This document shows positions 17,611 through 27,003 of a DNA stretch of 64,000 bases, piece after piece; position 1 is the first letter of the stretch; each line of letters opens with the position of its first letter. Origin of the DNA: Cryomorphaceae bacterium (GTDB taxonomy: Bacteria > Bacteroidota > Bacteroidia > Flavobacteriales > Schleiferiaceae). The stretch lies in contig JAYOSU010000001.1 in the NCBI GenBank assembly GCA_038139395.1, forward strand, positions 16,746-80,745. The letters are read 5' to 3'. A program made the position numbers and the translations under genes. The notes beneath the pieces were generated by a model. It worked only from the letters and a program-made list of their open reading frames with translations, did not search any database and was not told the origin of the DNA.

Positions 17611-18771
17611 ATGAATAATTTCAACCTTCATATCCCCACACAATTATATTTCGGGAAAGACCAGCACAAAGAGCTTTCAAGATTAATCCCATCGAATTCT
17701 AAGATTCTACTGCTTTACGGTGGCGGGTCAATAAAGCACAACGGCATCTATGAACAAGTAATTGGCGAATTAAGCAGTTTTGATGTTATTGAATTTGGAG
17801 GAATTGAAGCTAATCCTCAATATACTACTCTTAGTAAAGCTCTTGAAGTAATCAAATTAAACGAAATCAATTTCTTGCTTGCTGTAGGCGGTGGTAGCGT
17901 GATAGATGGCACCAAATTCTTGGCCTCCGCGGCGCTGTACGAGGGTAAGCATCCCTGGGATATCTTAGAAAAAGGAATAAGGACTGAAATAGGATTGCCT
18001 TTTGGCACGGTACTCACACTTCCCGCGACAGGATCAGAAATGAACAGTGGTGCAGTAATTTCTCGGAAAGAAACTGGGCAGAAACTTGCCATGGGTGGTC
18101 CAGGTCTTTTTCCACTTTTTAGCATAACGGACCCAACAGTAGTGGCATCTCTTCCAAAAAGACAGTTGGCCAACGGAATTGTAGATGCCTTTACGCATGT
18201 GATGGAACAATACATGACTTATCCCACGTCCGCCACGCTACAAGACAGAATTTCTGAAGGAATATTGAGCACGCTCATTGAGATTGCTCCCAAAGTAATG
18301 AGCACCCCTGAAAATTTTGAACTGGCTGCGAATTTTATGTGGTGCTGCAATATGGCCTTAAACGGCATTATCCAAAAAGGGGTGCCAACAGATTGGTCCA
18401 TACATGCCATAGGACACGAAATCACCGCTGCCTATGGTATTGACCACGCACGAACTTTAGCCATTGTGTTGCCCAGTATGTACAGGTATAAGCTTGCGAA
18501 GAAGGAATTAAAGTTAGCTCAATACGGTCGGCGCGTTTTAGGGCTTACCGGAGATGACCGGAAAGTAGCAGAGCAGGCTATTGATCAAACAGAAGATTTC
18601 TTTAGAAGTCTAGGTATTGGCACAAAATTGAGTGATTATGATGTAGACAATGCAAGTGCGTTCCCACAATCATGTGTGACTGCCATGGAAAAACAACGAA
18701 CCATTATTTTAGGGGAACATAAAGACATTCGCTCAAAAGACGTAAAGTCTATTTTAGAAGCTGCCATTTAA
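17611..18771 (+). CDS. Iron-containing (group III) alcohol dehydrogenase, YqhD/butanol-dehydrogenase-like
   Basis: 386 aa. GGGSVIDGTK nucleotide loop and metal ligands in DAFTHVMEQY and HAIGHE. Confidence 0.9.
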   Translation: MNNFNLHIPTQLYFGKDQHKELSRLIPSNSKILLLYGGGSIKHNGIYEQVIGELSSFDVIEFGGIEANPQYTTLSKALEVIKLNEINFLLAVGGGSVIDGTKFLASAALYEGKHPWDILEKGIRTEIGLPFGTVLTLPATGSEMNSGAVISRKETGQKLAMGGPGLFPLFSITDPTVVASLPKRQLANGIVDAFTHVMEQYMTYPTSATLQDRISEGILSTLIEIAPKVMSTPENFELAANFMWCCNMALNGIIQKGVPTDWSIHAIGHEITAAYGIDHARTLAIVLPSMYRYKLAKKELKLAQYGRRVLGLTGDDRKVAEQAIDQTEDFFRSLGIGTKLSDYDVDNASAFPQSCVTAMEKQRTIILGEHKDIRSKDVKSILEAAI

Positions 18772-19367
18772 TGAATTTAGATCAACTTTTTAATCAAATT
18801 CCAAGTCAAGATAGAAAGCCTATTTTAGAGGCTATAGCGCAATCCTTTTCACAGGAAAACGACTTGAAAGTCAACTTTATTTGTACCCATAATAGCCGGC
18901 GAAGCCATTTTAGCGAAGTGCTCTTCCGAACGGCTGCTCACTATTACGGTCTTAAGAATGTTTATACATTTAGCGGGGGTACAGAGAGTACAGCTTTATT
19001 TCCTGAGGTAGCCCAAAGTTTCGCTAGACATGGTTTTAAGGTCCTGCCCATACAAGCATATAATCAACAAGCATATAAAATATTCATTGAAAATTTAGAA
19101 AAAGAGGATACCACGCCTGTTTTGTTTTCTAAAAAATATGATAACGAATACAATGCACAAGAAAATTATCATGCTGTCATGGTTTGTGATAGCGCAAATG
19201 AATCTTGTCCCATCGTACATGGTTCCAAAAAGCGCCATTCTTTGATGTTTGTGGACCCAAAGAAGAGCGACGGAGAGCCAAATCAATCTCGTATATATGA
19301 CAATACGCTAGCCCTTATTGCATCAGAACTTGCTTTTGTAGCGAGGAGGGTTCGTGAGTTAATATAA
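18771..19367 (+). CDS. LMW-PTP-fold protein, ArsC (thioredoxin-type arsenate reductase)-like
   Basis: 198 aa. P-loop CTHNSRRS (CX5R-S) and a second Cys pair spaced by 7 (VCDSANESC), as in thioredoxin-coupled ArsC. The ATG shares one base with the ADH stop (TAATG). Confidence 0.65.
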   Translation: MNLDQLFNQIPSQDRKPILEAIAQSFSQENDLKVNFICTHNSRRSHFSEVLFRTAAHYYGLKNVYTFSGGTESTALFPEVAQSFARHGFKVLPIQAYNQQAYKIFIENLEKEDTTPVLFSKKYDNEYNAQENYHAVMVCDSANESCPIVHGSKKRHSLMFVDPKKSDGEPNQSRIYDNTLALIASELAFVARRVRELI

Positions 19368-20831
19368 AGGCGGTCGAGGGGCCGCAGGTGGGTCTTTAAT
19401 GTCCACCCCTGTTTTGTACCAATATTCAGCAACGATTATAAGCGCCGGAACGGCATAGCAAATTATAGACATAGGAACTTGTGTCATGGTTTCATTTACA
19501 TAACTAGATAGTATAAGGCCACAATAACCCGCATAAAACCCGAGTAAAATTTGTCTTATCCTACCCTCCGGAAGGCTCCATAGGCGATAGCCCATGCGTA
19601 TCACAAGAAATATCAATAACGCGATAAAGAGAACTAATCCTACAATCCCTGTCTCCATCCAAATTCTCGAAAATAATCCATCTGTTGGTGTATCAGCCAA
19701 AAAGGTCCCGGGAGCAAATCGTTCTCCCCAGTTTCCTGCTGAACCTACTCCACCACCGAACGGTTTATCCGCCATATATTTTGTTAAAATTTCTTCTTTA
19801 GCCTTTCTCACCACGAGTGAAGCGTCATTTGGGTCAAATGCGGTGCGTAGACGGTAGATATTGTAATTACTGTTTAGCAGTGTTGTAAACTTCAAAAATA
19901 CAAACGCAAACAACCCGACAATAGACCCAAAAAACGTTAGACGAGACCTTCTAGCCATCATTAGAAATACAATACCTCCTATCCCAATAATGGCAACTGG
20001 TCCGCGCGATCCACTCAACATTAGCCCATAAAAATTAAATAGCGCTATGACAAAATAAAAGAAACGACCGGGCAGTCTGTTAGGCAGACATCCATAGGTT
20101 GCAGCTGCTACACACATGAAGGCGCAATAACCGCCGTAATTGGAAGCATCAGTAAATATGCTGAATTCACGAAGACGACCATTTATAAAGTGCGTTGACA
20201 TAGCGCCTCTATTCAACCAATCCATCTCATAATCATACAATCCAATAAATTCTTGACGAAGAGCAATTAATGTGCAATAGATTGATAATACAATGAGTAT
20301 GTTGAATAGTGTTCTAATGTCCTTAGCTGAAGTTATAAATCCGCAAACCACTATGGGTACTAAAATCAAATACAGACAATAAGATCTCATCGCATAAAAC
20401 CAAGCTATGGGGCCTGGAGCGTTTGGATTCAATATTAAAAGACAGACGTATATAATCCATATAAATAGTGCAATAAATTCAGGTTTCTTGACATACTTAA
20501 AAGAGATTTCCGCGCGACCAGACAGCAGTACAACAAAACCAATAGCCAATAAAAAATCAATTGCCAGACCATAGGTTGGACCGGGATAAACTCGTCCAAA
20601 ATAGGCCATAAAATGGCCAACAAGTAATGCCGACAGGTATAATAACTTCGGATAATTAAGAAAAAGAATCGTTATTGCAAGGAGGAAAACAATTAATACA
20701 GGAAGTGATGCCTGAAACAATGATCCTTTAATCATCATCTCAGAAACATAGAATCCTAAAAGAACCAATATCCCTACAATCCAAGCCTTTTTGATATACG
20801 GTTGAAATGATGAAAGAATATTCTTTAACAT
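19359..20831 (-). CDS. O-antigen ligase / Wzy_C family polytopic membrane protein
   Basis: 490 aa with about 11 hydrophobic helices and a large loop (KPFGGGVGSAGNWGERFAPGTFLADTPTDGLFSRIWMETG) typical of the family. It starts 1 nt after aroQ. Confidence 0.7.
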   Translation of the reverse strand: MLKNILSSFQPYIKKAWIVGILVLLGFYVSEMMIKGSLFQASLPVLIVFLLAITILFLNYPKLLYLSALLVGHFMAYFGRVYPGPTYGLAIDFLLAIGFVVLLSGRAEISFKYVKKPEFIALFIWIIYVCLLILNPNAPGPIAWFYAMRSYCLYLILVPIVVCGFITSAKDIRTLFNILIVLSIYCTLIALRQEFIGLYDYEMDWLNRGAMSTHFINGRLREFSIFTDASNYGGYCAFMCVAAATYGCLPNRLPGRFFYFVIALFNFYGLMLSGSRGPVAIIGIGGIVFLMMARRSRLTFFGSIVGLFAFVFLKFTTLLNSNYNIYRLRTAFDPNDASLVVRKAKEEILTKYMADKPFGGGVGSAGNWGERFAPGTFLADTPTDGLFSRIWMETGIVGLVLFIALLIFLVIRMGYRLWSLPEGRIRQILLGFYAGYCGLILSSYVNETMTQVPMSIICYAVPALIIVAEYWYKTGVDIKDPPAAPRPPLY

Positions 20832-20832
20832 A

Positions 20833-21261
20833 TTAATCCTTTTTTTGAATCAGCGCTTCCACTGCCAGACGATAAGAGTCTAATCCAAATCCACTGATAC
20901 TGCCAATACATTTGCCAGCAATCAAACTTTTATGTCTGAATTCCTCCCTCGCAGCTGGTTGACTAATATGTACCTCTATGACAGGAACGGAAATGGCAGC
21001 TATACAGTCGGCTAGTGCAACAGAAGTGTGAGTATATCCTCCTGCATTAAAAATTATGGCTTGATAATCTGCCTGACTTGATTGGAGCATATTAATTAAT
21101 TCGCCTTCAACATTGCTCTGTAGATAATTGAAGGAAGCCACATCATCGTAAACCGCACTAAGCTCTTCATAGAACTCCTGAAAATTAGAATTCCCATAAA
21201 TATCTGGTTCTCGCTTTCCAAGCAAGTTTAAATTTGGACCGTTGAGAATTAATATACGCAT
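20833..21261 (-). CDS. aroQ: Type II 3-dehydroquinate dehydratase
   Basis: 142 aa. MRILILNGPNLNLLGKREPDIYG ... NAGGYTHTSVA ... EVHISQP, the canonical AroQ signature. Confidence 0.95.
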   Translation of the reverse strand: MRILILNGPNLNLLGKREPDIYGNSNFQEFYEELSAVYDDVASFNYLQSNVEGELINMLQSSQADYQAIIFNAGGYTHTSVALADCIAAISVPVIEVHISQPAAREEFRHKSLIAGKCIGSISGFGLDSYRLAVEALIQKKD

Positions 21262-21298
21262 AGTGCGAAGTTACCTTTTGAAGAACGAAATTTAAGGA

Positions 21299-22192
21299 GT
21301 GAAAGACAACGATTTTACATCTGACTATTTTGAATACCTACAATTTGAGCGTGGACTGAGTAAAAACACAATCGTTGCTTATCAACGTGACTTGCAAAAA
21401 TTTCATGATGTCTGTAAGAAAAGTGCAATAGAATCAGGCCCTGAAGAAATTTCTGCCCTGCTTTCTAATATGCACAAGACCGGTCAATCGGCAAGGTCTC
21501 AAAGTAGAATGTTAAGCTCTTTACGCGGGTTTTACAATTGGGCACAAGAGGAAAAACACATTACACAAAACCCAATATTACTATTTGAAAACCCAAGGCA
21601 AAATCGTACCATTCCTGTAGTGCTCAGTGAAAAAGAGGTACAAAGAATCCTTGACGTCATTCCCATGAATGAACAATTCAGCACAAGGGATAAAGCAATT
21701 ATTGAATTACTTTATGCTTGTGGACTAAGGGTCAGTGAGGCTTGTGAATTAAAACTTTCACTATTGCGTATCAAAGATGGATACATCATTGTTACAGGAA
21801 AAGGAAATAAACAAAGGCTTGTGCCCATACATCAGGAGGCAATTAAGTATTTGGAACTTTATCTCGAACATGAACGACCAAACACCAAACCCAAAACTAA
21901 TGACAGCGATACAGTATTCTTAAGCAACAGAGGGGGAAGTTTAACACGTCAAAGTATTTTTATGAAGCTAAAACGATTTGCGGCTTTGGCTGGAATTAAA
22001 AAGAATATATCTCCTCATACTATGCGTCATAGCTTTGCTACTCATCTGATTGAACGTGGAGCAGACTTGAGGGTGGTTCAACAATTGCTTGGGCACGAAA
22101 GTATCACTACAACAGAAATTTACACACACATCAGCGCCAAACATCTAGGAGATAAAATAGCGGAATTTCACCCGCTGAACAATCAGGAATAG
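21299..22192 (+). CDS. xerD: Site-specific tyrosine recombinase XerD
   Basis: 297 aa. N-terminal FEYLQFERGLSKNTIVAYQRDL. The catalytic region is HTMRHSFATHL...LGHESITTTEIYTH. GTG start. Confidence 0.9.
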   Translation: MKDNDFTSDYFEYLQFERGLSKNTIVAYQRDLQKFHDVCKKSAIESGPEEISALLSNMHKTGQSARSQSRMLSSLRGFYNWAQEEKHITQNPILLFENPRQNRTIPVVLSEKEVQRILDVIPMNEQFSTRDKAIIELLYACGLRVSEACELKLSLLRIKDGYIIVTGKGNKQRLVPIHQEAIKYLELYLEHERPNTKPKTNDSDTVFLSNRGGSLTRQSIFMKLKRFAALAGIKKNISPHTMRHSFATHLIERGADLRVVQQLLGHESITTTEIYTHISAKHLGDKIAEFHPLNNQE

Positions 22193-22318
22193 TGAAATGA
22201 TTAATTAGTATTTATTACTCTTTACATCTATAATCACATCCTGTATGACACAAACCATTGTGATTAGAACACTTGAACGAATATGATGTTAAACTTTTGA
22301 GTCTAGTCAATTCCAAAA

Positions 22319-23722
22319 ATGATGAACAACCTTCTTGAGATTATTGAAAAGCAGCGGAATTTTTCAAAAATTCTAGCGAAAAAGCCGCTAGAGTATAGAC
22401 TCCAAAAGCTGCAGAAATTGCGTGAAGCGCTCAAAGGAGAATGGCAACAAAAATTGGCTCAGGCAATGAAAGCCGATTTCAACAAAGGAGAGGTTGAGGT
22501 GCGTCTCACAGAAATACTTCCAACATTAGATAATATTAAGATTCTAAGGAAAAACTTAAAGCAATGGACACGGCAAAAAAAGGTGAAGACTCCCCTTATG
22601 TTATTTGGATCCACATCCTACACAGAGGTTCAACCAAAAGGGAACGTGCTCATCATTAGTCCTTGGAATTATCCAATATTTTTGACCTTACAGCCCCTCA
22701 CAAATGCAATTGCAGCCGGAAATACAGTGATAATGAAACCTTCTGAGCATACGCCAGAGACATCACGAGTCATGGCAGAATTAATTGGAAGTATTTTTTC
22801 CGAAGAGGAAGCCTTTGTGGCCTTAGGAGGAGTTGAAACAGCAAAACAGCTTCTAGATTTGCGATTTGAACATATTTTTTTCACCGGTTCTACAGCGGTA
22901 GGGAAAATTGTGATGCAAGCGGCAAGTAAACATTTAACTTCTGTAACACTAGAACTAGGAGGTAAAAGTCCAACTATCGTGGATGACAGCGCAAACGCCT
23001 ATGCCGCCGGCCAACGCATTGCTTGGGCCAAATTTACCAACGCAGGTCAAATCTGTATCGCGCCAGACCATGTATATGTTCACAGGGCAAAACTTGAAGA
23101 TTTTAAGAAAGGAGTTTTAGAAACTATTGAACAATACTACGGTGAAAGCCCGATGAAGAGTGACGATTTTGTTCAAATCGTAAATAACAATCATTGGGAA
23201 CGACTGTACTCCATGCTGAGCGATGCCTCAAAGGAACAGGGGGAACTAATCGTTGGAGGCAATGGGTCAAGAGAAATGCGTAAAATTGAACCCACCGTTA
23301 TTTTAGACCCACCAAAACAAGGGGCTTTAATGAGAGAAGAAATTTTTGGCCCTTTACTTCCTGTCTTTACCTTCGACAATTTAGAAGAACCGCTTAAAGA
23401 AATTTCAAGCAGAGAGCACCCTCTTGTAGTTTACATATATAGCCGAAACAAAAAAAATATCAGACGTATTCAAAACCATACTCGTGCTGGTGCAACAGCG
23501 GTAAACATGTCCTTAATTCAAGTTGCGAACAATTATCTTCCTTTCGGTGGTGTTGGACACAGTGGAATGGGCAGAACAAATGGTGAATCCGGCTTTCTTG
23601 AGTTTAGTAATACGAGAGCTGTATTCTATCAATGGGGATTGCCCGTGAACAAGGTTCTTAGCGCCCCATACACAAAAGGGAAAGTAAGACTGGTCCAGAA
23701 ACTTATTGATACATTATTCTAG
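22319..23722 (+). CDS. NAD(P)+ aldehyde dehydrogenase (ALDH3-like)
   Basis: 467 aa. ELGGKSP, catalytic Cys in NAGQICIAPD, and PFGGVGHSGMG. Confidence 0.9.
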   Translation: MMNNLLEIIEKQRNFSKILAKKPLEYRLQKLQKLREALKGEWQQKLAQAMKADFNKGEVEVRLTEILPTLDNIKILRKNLKQWTRQKKVKTPLMLFGSTSYTEVQPKGNVLIISPWNYPIFLTLQPLTNAIAAGNTVIMKPSEHTPETSRVMAELIGSIFSEEEAFVALGGVETAKQLLDLRFEHIFFTGSTAVGKIVMQAASKHLTSVTLELGGKSPTIVDDSANAYAAGQRIAWAKFTNAGQICIAPDHVYVHRAKLEDFKKGVLETIEQYYGESPMKSDDFVQIVNNNHWERLYSMLSDASKEQGELIVGGNGSREMRKIEPTVILDPPKQGALMREEIFGPLLPVFTFDNLEEPLKEISSREHPLVVYIYSRNKKNIRRIQNHTRAGATAVNMSLIQVANNYLPFGGVGHSGMGRTNGESGFLEFSNTRAVFYQWGLPVNKVLSAPYTKGKVRLVQKLIDTLF

Positions 23723-23726
23723 TAAA

Positions 23727-23756
23727 AAAGTCCCCCATTTAACCATGGAGGACTTT
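23727..23756. terminator. Bidirectional hairpin terminator between convergent genes
   Basis: AAAGTCCCCCAT / ATGGAGGACTTT give 11 of 12 pairs with loop TTAACC. An A-run lies upstream and a T-rich tract downstream. Confidence 0.6.
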
Positions 23757-23771
23757 ATTTAGTTTTTTGCC

Positions 23772-24716
23772 TTAGCCTACTTTGACCAATTGCACTTTAA
23801 AAATCAGAGTGGCATTTGGAGGAATCACCCCTCCCGCTCCTGATGGTCCATACCCTAAGTCAGATGGAACTACCAAAGTAGCTTTTGAGCCTTCCTTCAG
23901 TAACATGATTCCTTCGTCCCAACCAGGAATTACCTGACCAACTCCAATATTTATAGAAATTGGTTGACCACGCTGAAAAGAACTATCTACTACTACTCCA
24001 CTTGTAAGTTTTAGTTCGTAATGAACCTGCACACTATCACCCTTGTTTGGCTTGGAGCCTTGTCCCTCTTCTTCTATCGAATACATCAAGCCACTCTCGG
24101 TTTTTTGGGCACCTTTAGTGTACTCTTTTAAAGCATCCGCCTCTGCAGCTTTTGCGGCTTCCAATGCTGCCTTTGCTGCCTCTTCAGCCTTGCTTCTGGA
24201 TGATGTGAAAATTTCAGATGCATCCCAAGATTCTGCATCTTTTCCTACACGAACAATATCTAACTTTTCTATACTATCTCCTTCAACCACGGAATCGACT
24301 ACATCCTGACCTTCAGTGACGTAACCAAATACAGTATGTTTCCCGTCTAACCAATTCGTTGGGCCATGTGTAATAAAAAACTGAGAACCATTCGTACCTG
24401 GACCGGCATTGGCCATAGATAATGTACCAGCTTTATCATGTTTTAATTCTGGGTGAATTTCGTCCTCAAATTGATAGCCTGGTCCACCAGCGCCGGTTCC
24501 AGTTGGGTCACCACCCTGAATCATAAAATCAGCAATCACTCTATGAAAAGTCAAGCCATCGTAATAGGGTAAGCCGCTTTCCTTCGCTGTATTTTCCAAT
24601 TTACCTTCAGCTAGTCCTACAAAATTAGCAACTGTCATGGGGGTCTTTTCGTGCTCGAGTTTGATTTTTACGATCCCTTTTTGTGTTGCAATTTGGGCAT
24701 ATATACCGTTTTCCAT
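23772..24716 (-). CDS. Dual-family peptidyl-prolyl isomerase: N-terminal cyclophilin fused to C-terminal FKBP (no signal peptide)
   Basis: 314 aa. Cyclophilin blocks [19 protein letters not shown] and [17 protein letters not shown], then an Ala/Lys-rich linker. FKBP blocks are [10 protein letters not shown]...[27 protein letters not shown]. Confidence 0.9.
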   Translation of the reverse strand: MENGIYAQIATQKGIVKIKLEHEKTPMTVANFVGLAEGKLENTAKESGLPYYDGLTFHRVIADFMIQGGDPTGTGAGGPGYQFEDEIHPELKHDKAGTLSMANAGPGTNGSQFFITHGPTNWLDGKHTVFGYVTEGQDVVDSVVEGDSIEKLDIVRVGKDAESWDASEIFTSSRSKAEEAAKAALEAAKAAEADALKEYTKGAQKTESGLMYSIEEEGQGSKPNKGDSVQVHYELKLTSGVVVDSSFQRGQPISINIGVGQVIPGWDEGIMLLKEGSKATLVVPSDLGYGPSGAGGVIPPNATLIFKVQLVKVG

Positions 24717-24735
24717 AATATTCTCTGAACTACTT

Positions 24736-25845
24736 TTACTTGGCTAATCCTACTATTTCAATATCAAACACGAGTGGTGCATTTGGAGGAATTACGCCTC
24801 CAGCTCCACGTTCTCCATATCCAAGATATGGGGGGATGATTAACTTGGCTTTACCACCAATATTTAGGAGCGTCAAACCTTCCTGCCATCCTTTGATTAC
24901 TCTGCCGCGTGGACCAATTTCAACAGGAATAGGCTCGTAGGGCTCTCTTCGCGGATCATATACTCCATTTGCTTGAGCTAAACTCTTATCAGAGGTATCA
25001 AAGCATTTACCATCCAAAAGGAAACCGGAATAATTTACCCGAACCACTTGCCCTAGAGCAGGCTTTTCTCCACTGCCCATATCTTCAATTATATAGCGTA
25101 ATCCTGAAGCTGTTTTCTGTGCTTCTGGGTACATATTATCTATTTCATTTTCAATAGCTGCTGCTGCTGCCTTAATGCGTTCCTCTTCACCATTCACCCC
25201 AGATTCAAATAAAACGGGTGCATCAAATTTTTTGGCCTCCTTACCCACTCGAATAATCTCTACCTTTTCAAGAATCACATCCTCTTTTGGACGGTCTCTT
25301 TGATCGCGATCAACGCCTCCAATGGCATCTACGATTTCTTGACCGTGCAACACTTGTCCGAAAATATTGTAACTACCATCTAAATGTGGTGTAGGATTAT
25401 GGGTGATAAAAAATTGTGATCCATTGGTTCCAGGACCCGCGTTGGCCATACTGACAACTCCCGGCTTATCATGACGAAGTTCATTGGAAATTTCTTGAGG
25501 AAATTGATAACCTGGGCTTCCTGAACCTGTTCCTGTTGGATCGCCACATTGAATCATAAACTGGGGTATCACTCTGTGGAAGACAATACCATCAAAATAA
25601 GGTTTGGATGCATATTCCTGAGAAACCTTTGGATGGTTTCCTTCAGCCAATGCAATAAAATTTGCTGCTGTCATTGGAGCGTACTCTTCATGGAAATCGA
25701 TTAAGATTTCGCCCATTGAAGTGGTTAATTTTGCATAAATGCCATCGTTCAGTTCAACGGTCTCATTGTTCACGGTAACGTTGGTGGCACCGCAAGCCGA
25801 TGCAATGGAACCAATCACAAAAATTGTAAGTATTTTTTTTAACAT
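24736..25845 (-). CDS. Dual-family peptidyl-prolyl isomerase lipoprotein: cyclophilin + FKBP fusion
   Basis: 369 aa. Lipoprotein signal ...GSIASAC. Cyclophilin blocks are [19 protein letters not shown] and [17 protein letters not shown]. The FKBP block is [10 protein letters not shown]...[27 protein letters not shown]. Confidence 0.9.
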   Translation of the reverse strand: MLKKILTIFVIGSIASACGATNVTVNNETVELNDGIYAKLTTSMGEILIDFHEEYAPMTAANFIALAEGNHPKVSQEYASKPYFDGIVFHRVIPQFMIQCGDPTGTGSGSPGYQFPQEISNELRHDKPGVVSMANAGPGTNGSQFFITHNPTPHLDGSYNIFGQVLHGQEIVDAIGGVDRDQRDRPKEDVILEKVEIIRVGKEAKKFDAPVLFESGVNGEEERIKAAAAAIENEIDNMYPEAQKTASGLRYIIEDMGSGEKPALGQVVRVNYSGFLLDGKCFDTSDKSLAQANGVYDPRREPYEPIPVEIGPRGRVIKGWQEGLTLLNIGGKAKLIIPPYLGYGERGAGGVIPPNAPLVFDIEIVGLAK

Positions 25846-26021
25846 CTCTTCATCTAATTAATTATCTGCAAAGGTAATGGTTCTAGAAAGAATTAAGGAT
25901 GGTAAGTATTGTATTTGAGCTGTCTCTAACCCTTTAATTAATGTTAACTATTTGTAAACTTTTACGTTGTTATATGTAAATTTTATGTTAACTTTACGCT
26001 ATAAATGTTAAATGAAGAGAT

Positions 26022-26522
26022 ATGAAAAGGTTGTTTACTTTACCCCTCTGTGGAATTTTATTGTGTTTTTCTTTTTCTTCTTGCGATGCTCCGATTGGAA
26101 GTATTGCGAATCCTAACACGCTAGATGATTTAAATCGAAAAAGTTTTGAAGTCACCTCTTATGAGATGTACAATCATGATACTCAAATTAGCTTCGATTT
26201 AGCTAGTACCAACGACCACGTCTATTTAACTTTTAAGGATAATGAACTTTTCCTAACAAAGGAAAATATAGAGGATGGAACCGTTCATTTCAGATTTCAA
26301 GAGTTTACAACAGATTTTAAAGGAGGAGCGCTTCAGGGCATCTATTTAGATGAATACAACTTCATGAAGACCATTCACTTCAGCAAAACTGCCAAACAGG
26401 TAGTACTAGAATTAGAAGGAGTATCATCTGACAATGACCATTTCATGTCGCTTTACATTGTAATGGATGAATTAGAAAATCATCCAGAAGGCGCGCTGCA
26501 GATCAGCGGACTACCTGAATAA
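26022..26522 (+). CDS. Hypothetical lipoprotein
   Basis: 166 aa with signal and lipobox MKRLFTLPLCGILLCFSFSSC. No family recognised. Confidence 0.55.
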   Translation: MKRLFTLPLCGILLCFSFSSCDAPIGSIANPNTLDDLNRKSFEVTSYEMYNHDTQISFDLASTNDHVYLTFKDNELFLTKENIEDGTVHFRFQEFTTDFKGGALQGIYLDEYNFMKTIHFSKTAKQVVLELEGVSSDNDHFMSLYIVMDELENHPEGALQISGLPE

Positions 26523-27003
26523 GGCGGATATCATAACGCAATGGACTTTGCGGCGGAACCCGATCAAGATCACCGGCAATTCCGTGAGCCAAAAATGAAG
26601 GAATTAATACGAGTTTTTTTTCTCCCTCTTTCATTCCTTTCAAACTTTCATGGAGCCCCGTTTCCATTTCACTTCTTCCCAACTCTACTGTGTCCGTGTA
26701 TTGCCCTATGCCACTATCATCGAGTAAATAAACCGTTGCACTGTAGATGATTTGATCTCCAAATTTTGCTGTCTTTCCTTTACCATGAATCATACTCAAT
26801 TCATACATGCCAAAACCATTTCGCTGAATGCCTTCCAATTCATGAGTAATTATATAGGCATCTAATTGCGCACGCTCTTGCGCTAAATAAATCTTTTGAC
26901 GTTCTATTGGATCGACCTCAATAACTGCCTCTTCTGACGAATTATATTCGGCACAAGCGTTTAAGGCTAAGCTTAATAAAACAAAGCTTCCTATCCTCAC
27001 CAT
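26503..27003 (-). CDS. FKBP-type peptidyl-prolyl isomerase, exported/lipoprotein
   Basis: 166 aa. Signal MVRIGSFVLLSLALNAC. FKBP core GDQIIYSATVYLLDD...LKGMKEGEKKLVLIPSFLAHG. Overlaps the nrnA stop by 7 nt. Confidence 0.8.
   Translation of the reverse strand: MVRIGSFVLLSLALNACAEYNSSEEAVIEVDPIERQKIYLAQERAQLDAYIITHELEGIQRNGFGMYELSMIHGKGKTAKFGDQIIYSATVYLLDDSGIGQYTDTVELGRSEMETGLHESLKGMKEGEKKLVLIPSFLAHGIAGDLDRVPPQSPLRYDIRLIQVVR

Noticed and set aside
17042-18425. Cluster of antisense/alternate-frame ORFs (17042..17260, 17082..17267, 17257..17529, 17817..18215, 18219..18425)
   Set aside because: All overlap the GNAT acyltransferase and alcohol dehydrogenase genes, which have strong motif support. 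None has signal, motif or start-context support.
21299-22192. Tyrosine recombinase as a marker of an integrated mobile element
   Set aside because: The sequence has the housekeeping XerD N- and C-terminal signatures. It sits between aroQ and an aldehyde dehydrogenase, with no flanking direct repeats, tRNA, or phage/transfer genes.
22241-22276. Inverted repeat TAATCACA-N20-TGTGATTA downstream of xerD
   Set aside because: The arms are only 8 bp and AT-rich, with a 20-nt spacer and no T-run. It cannot be distinguished from chance, and is not reported as a terminator or operator.
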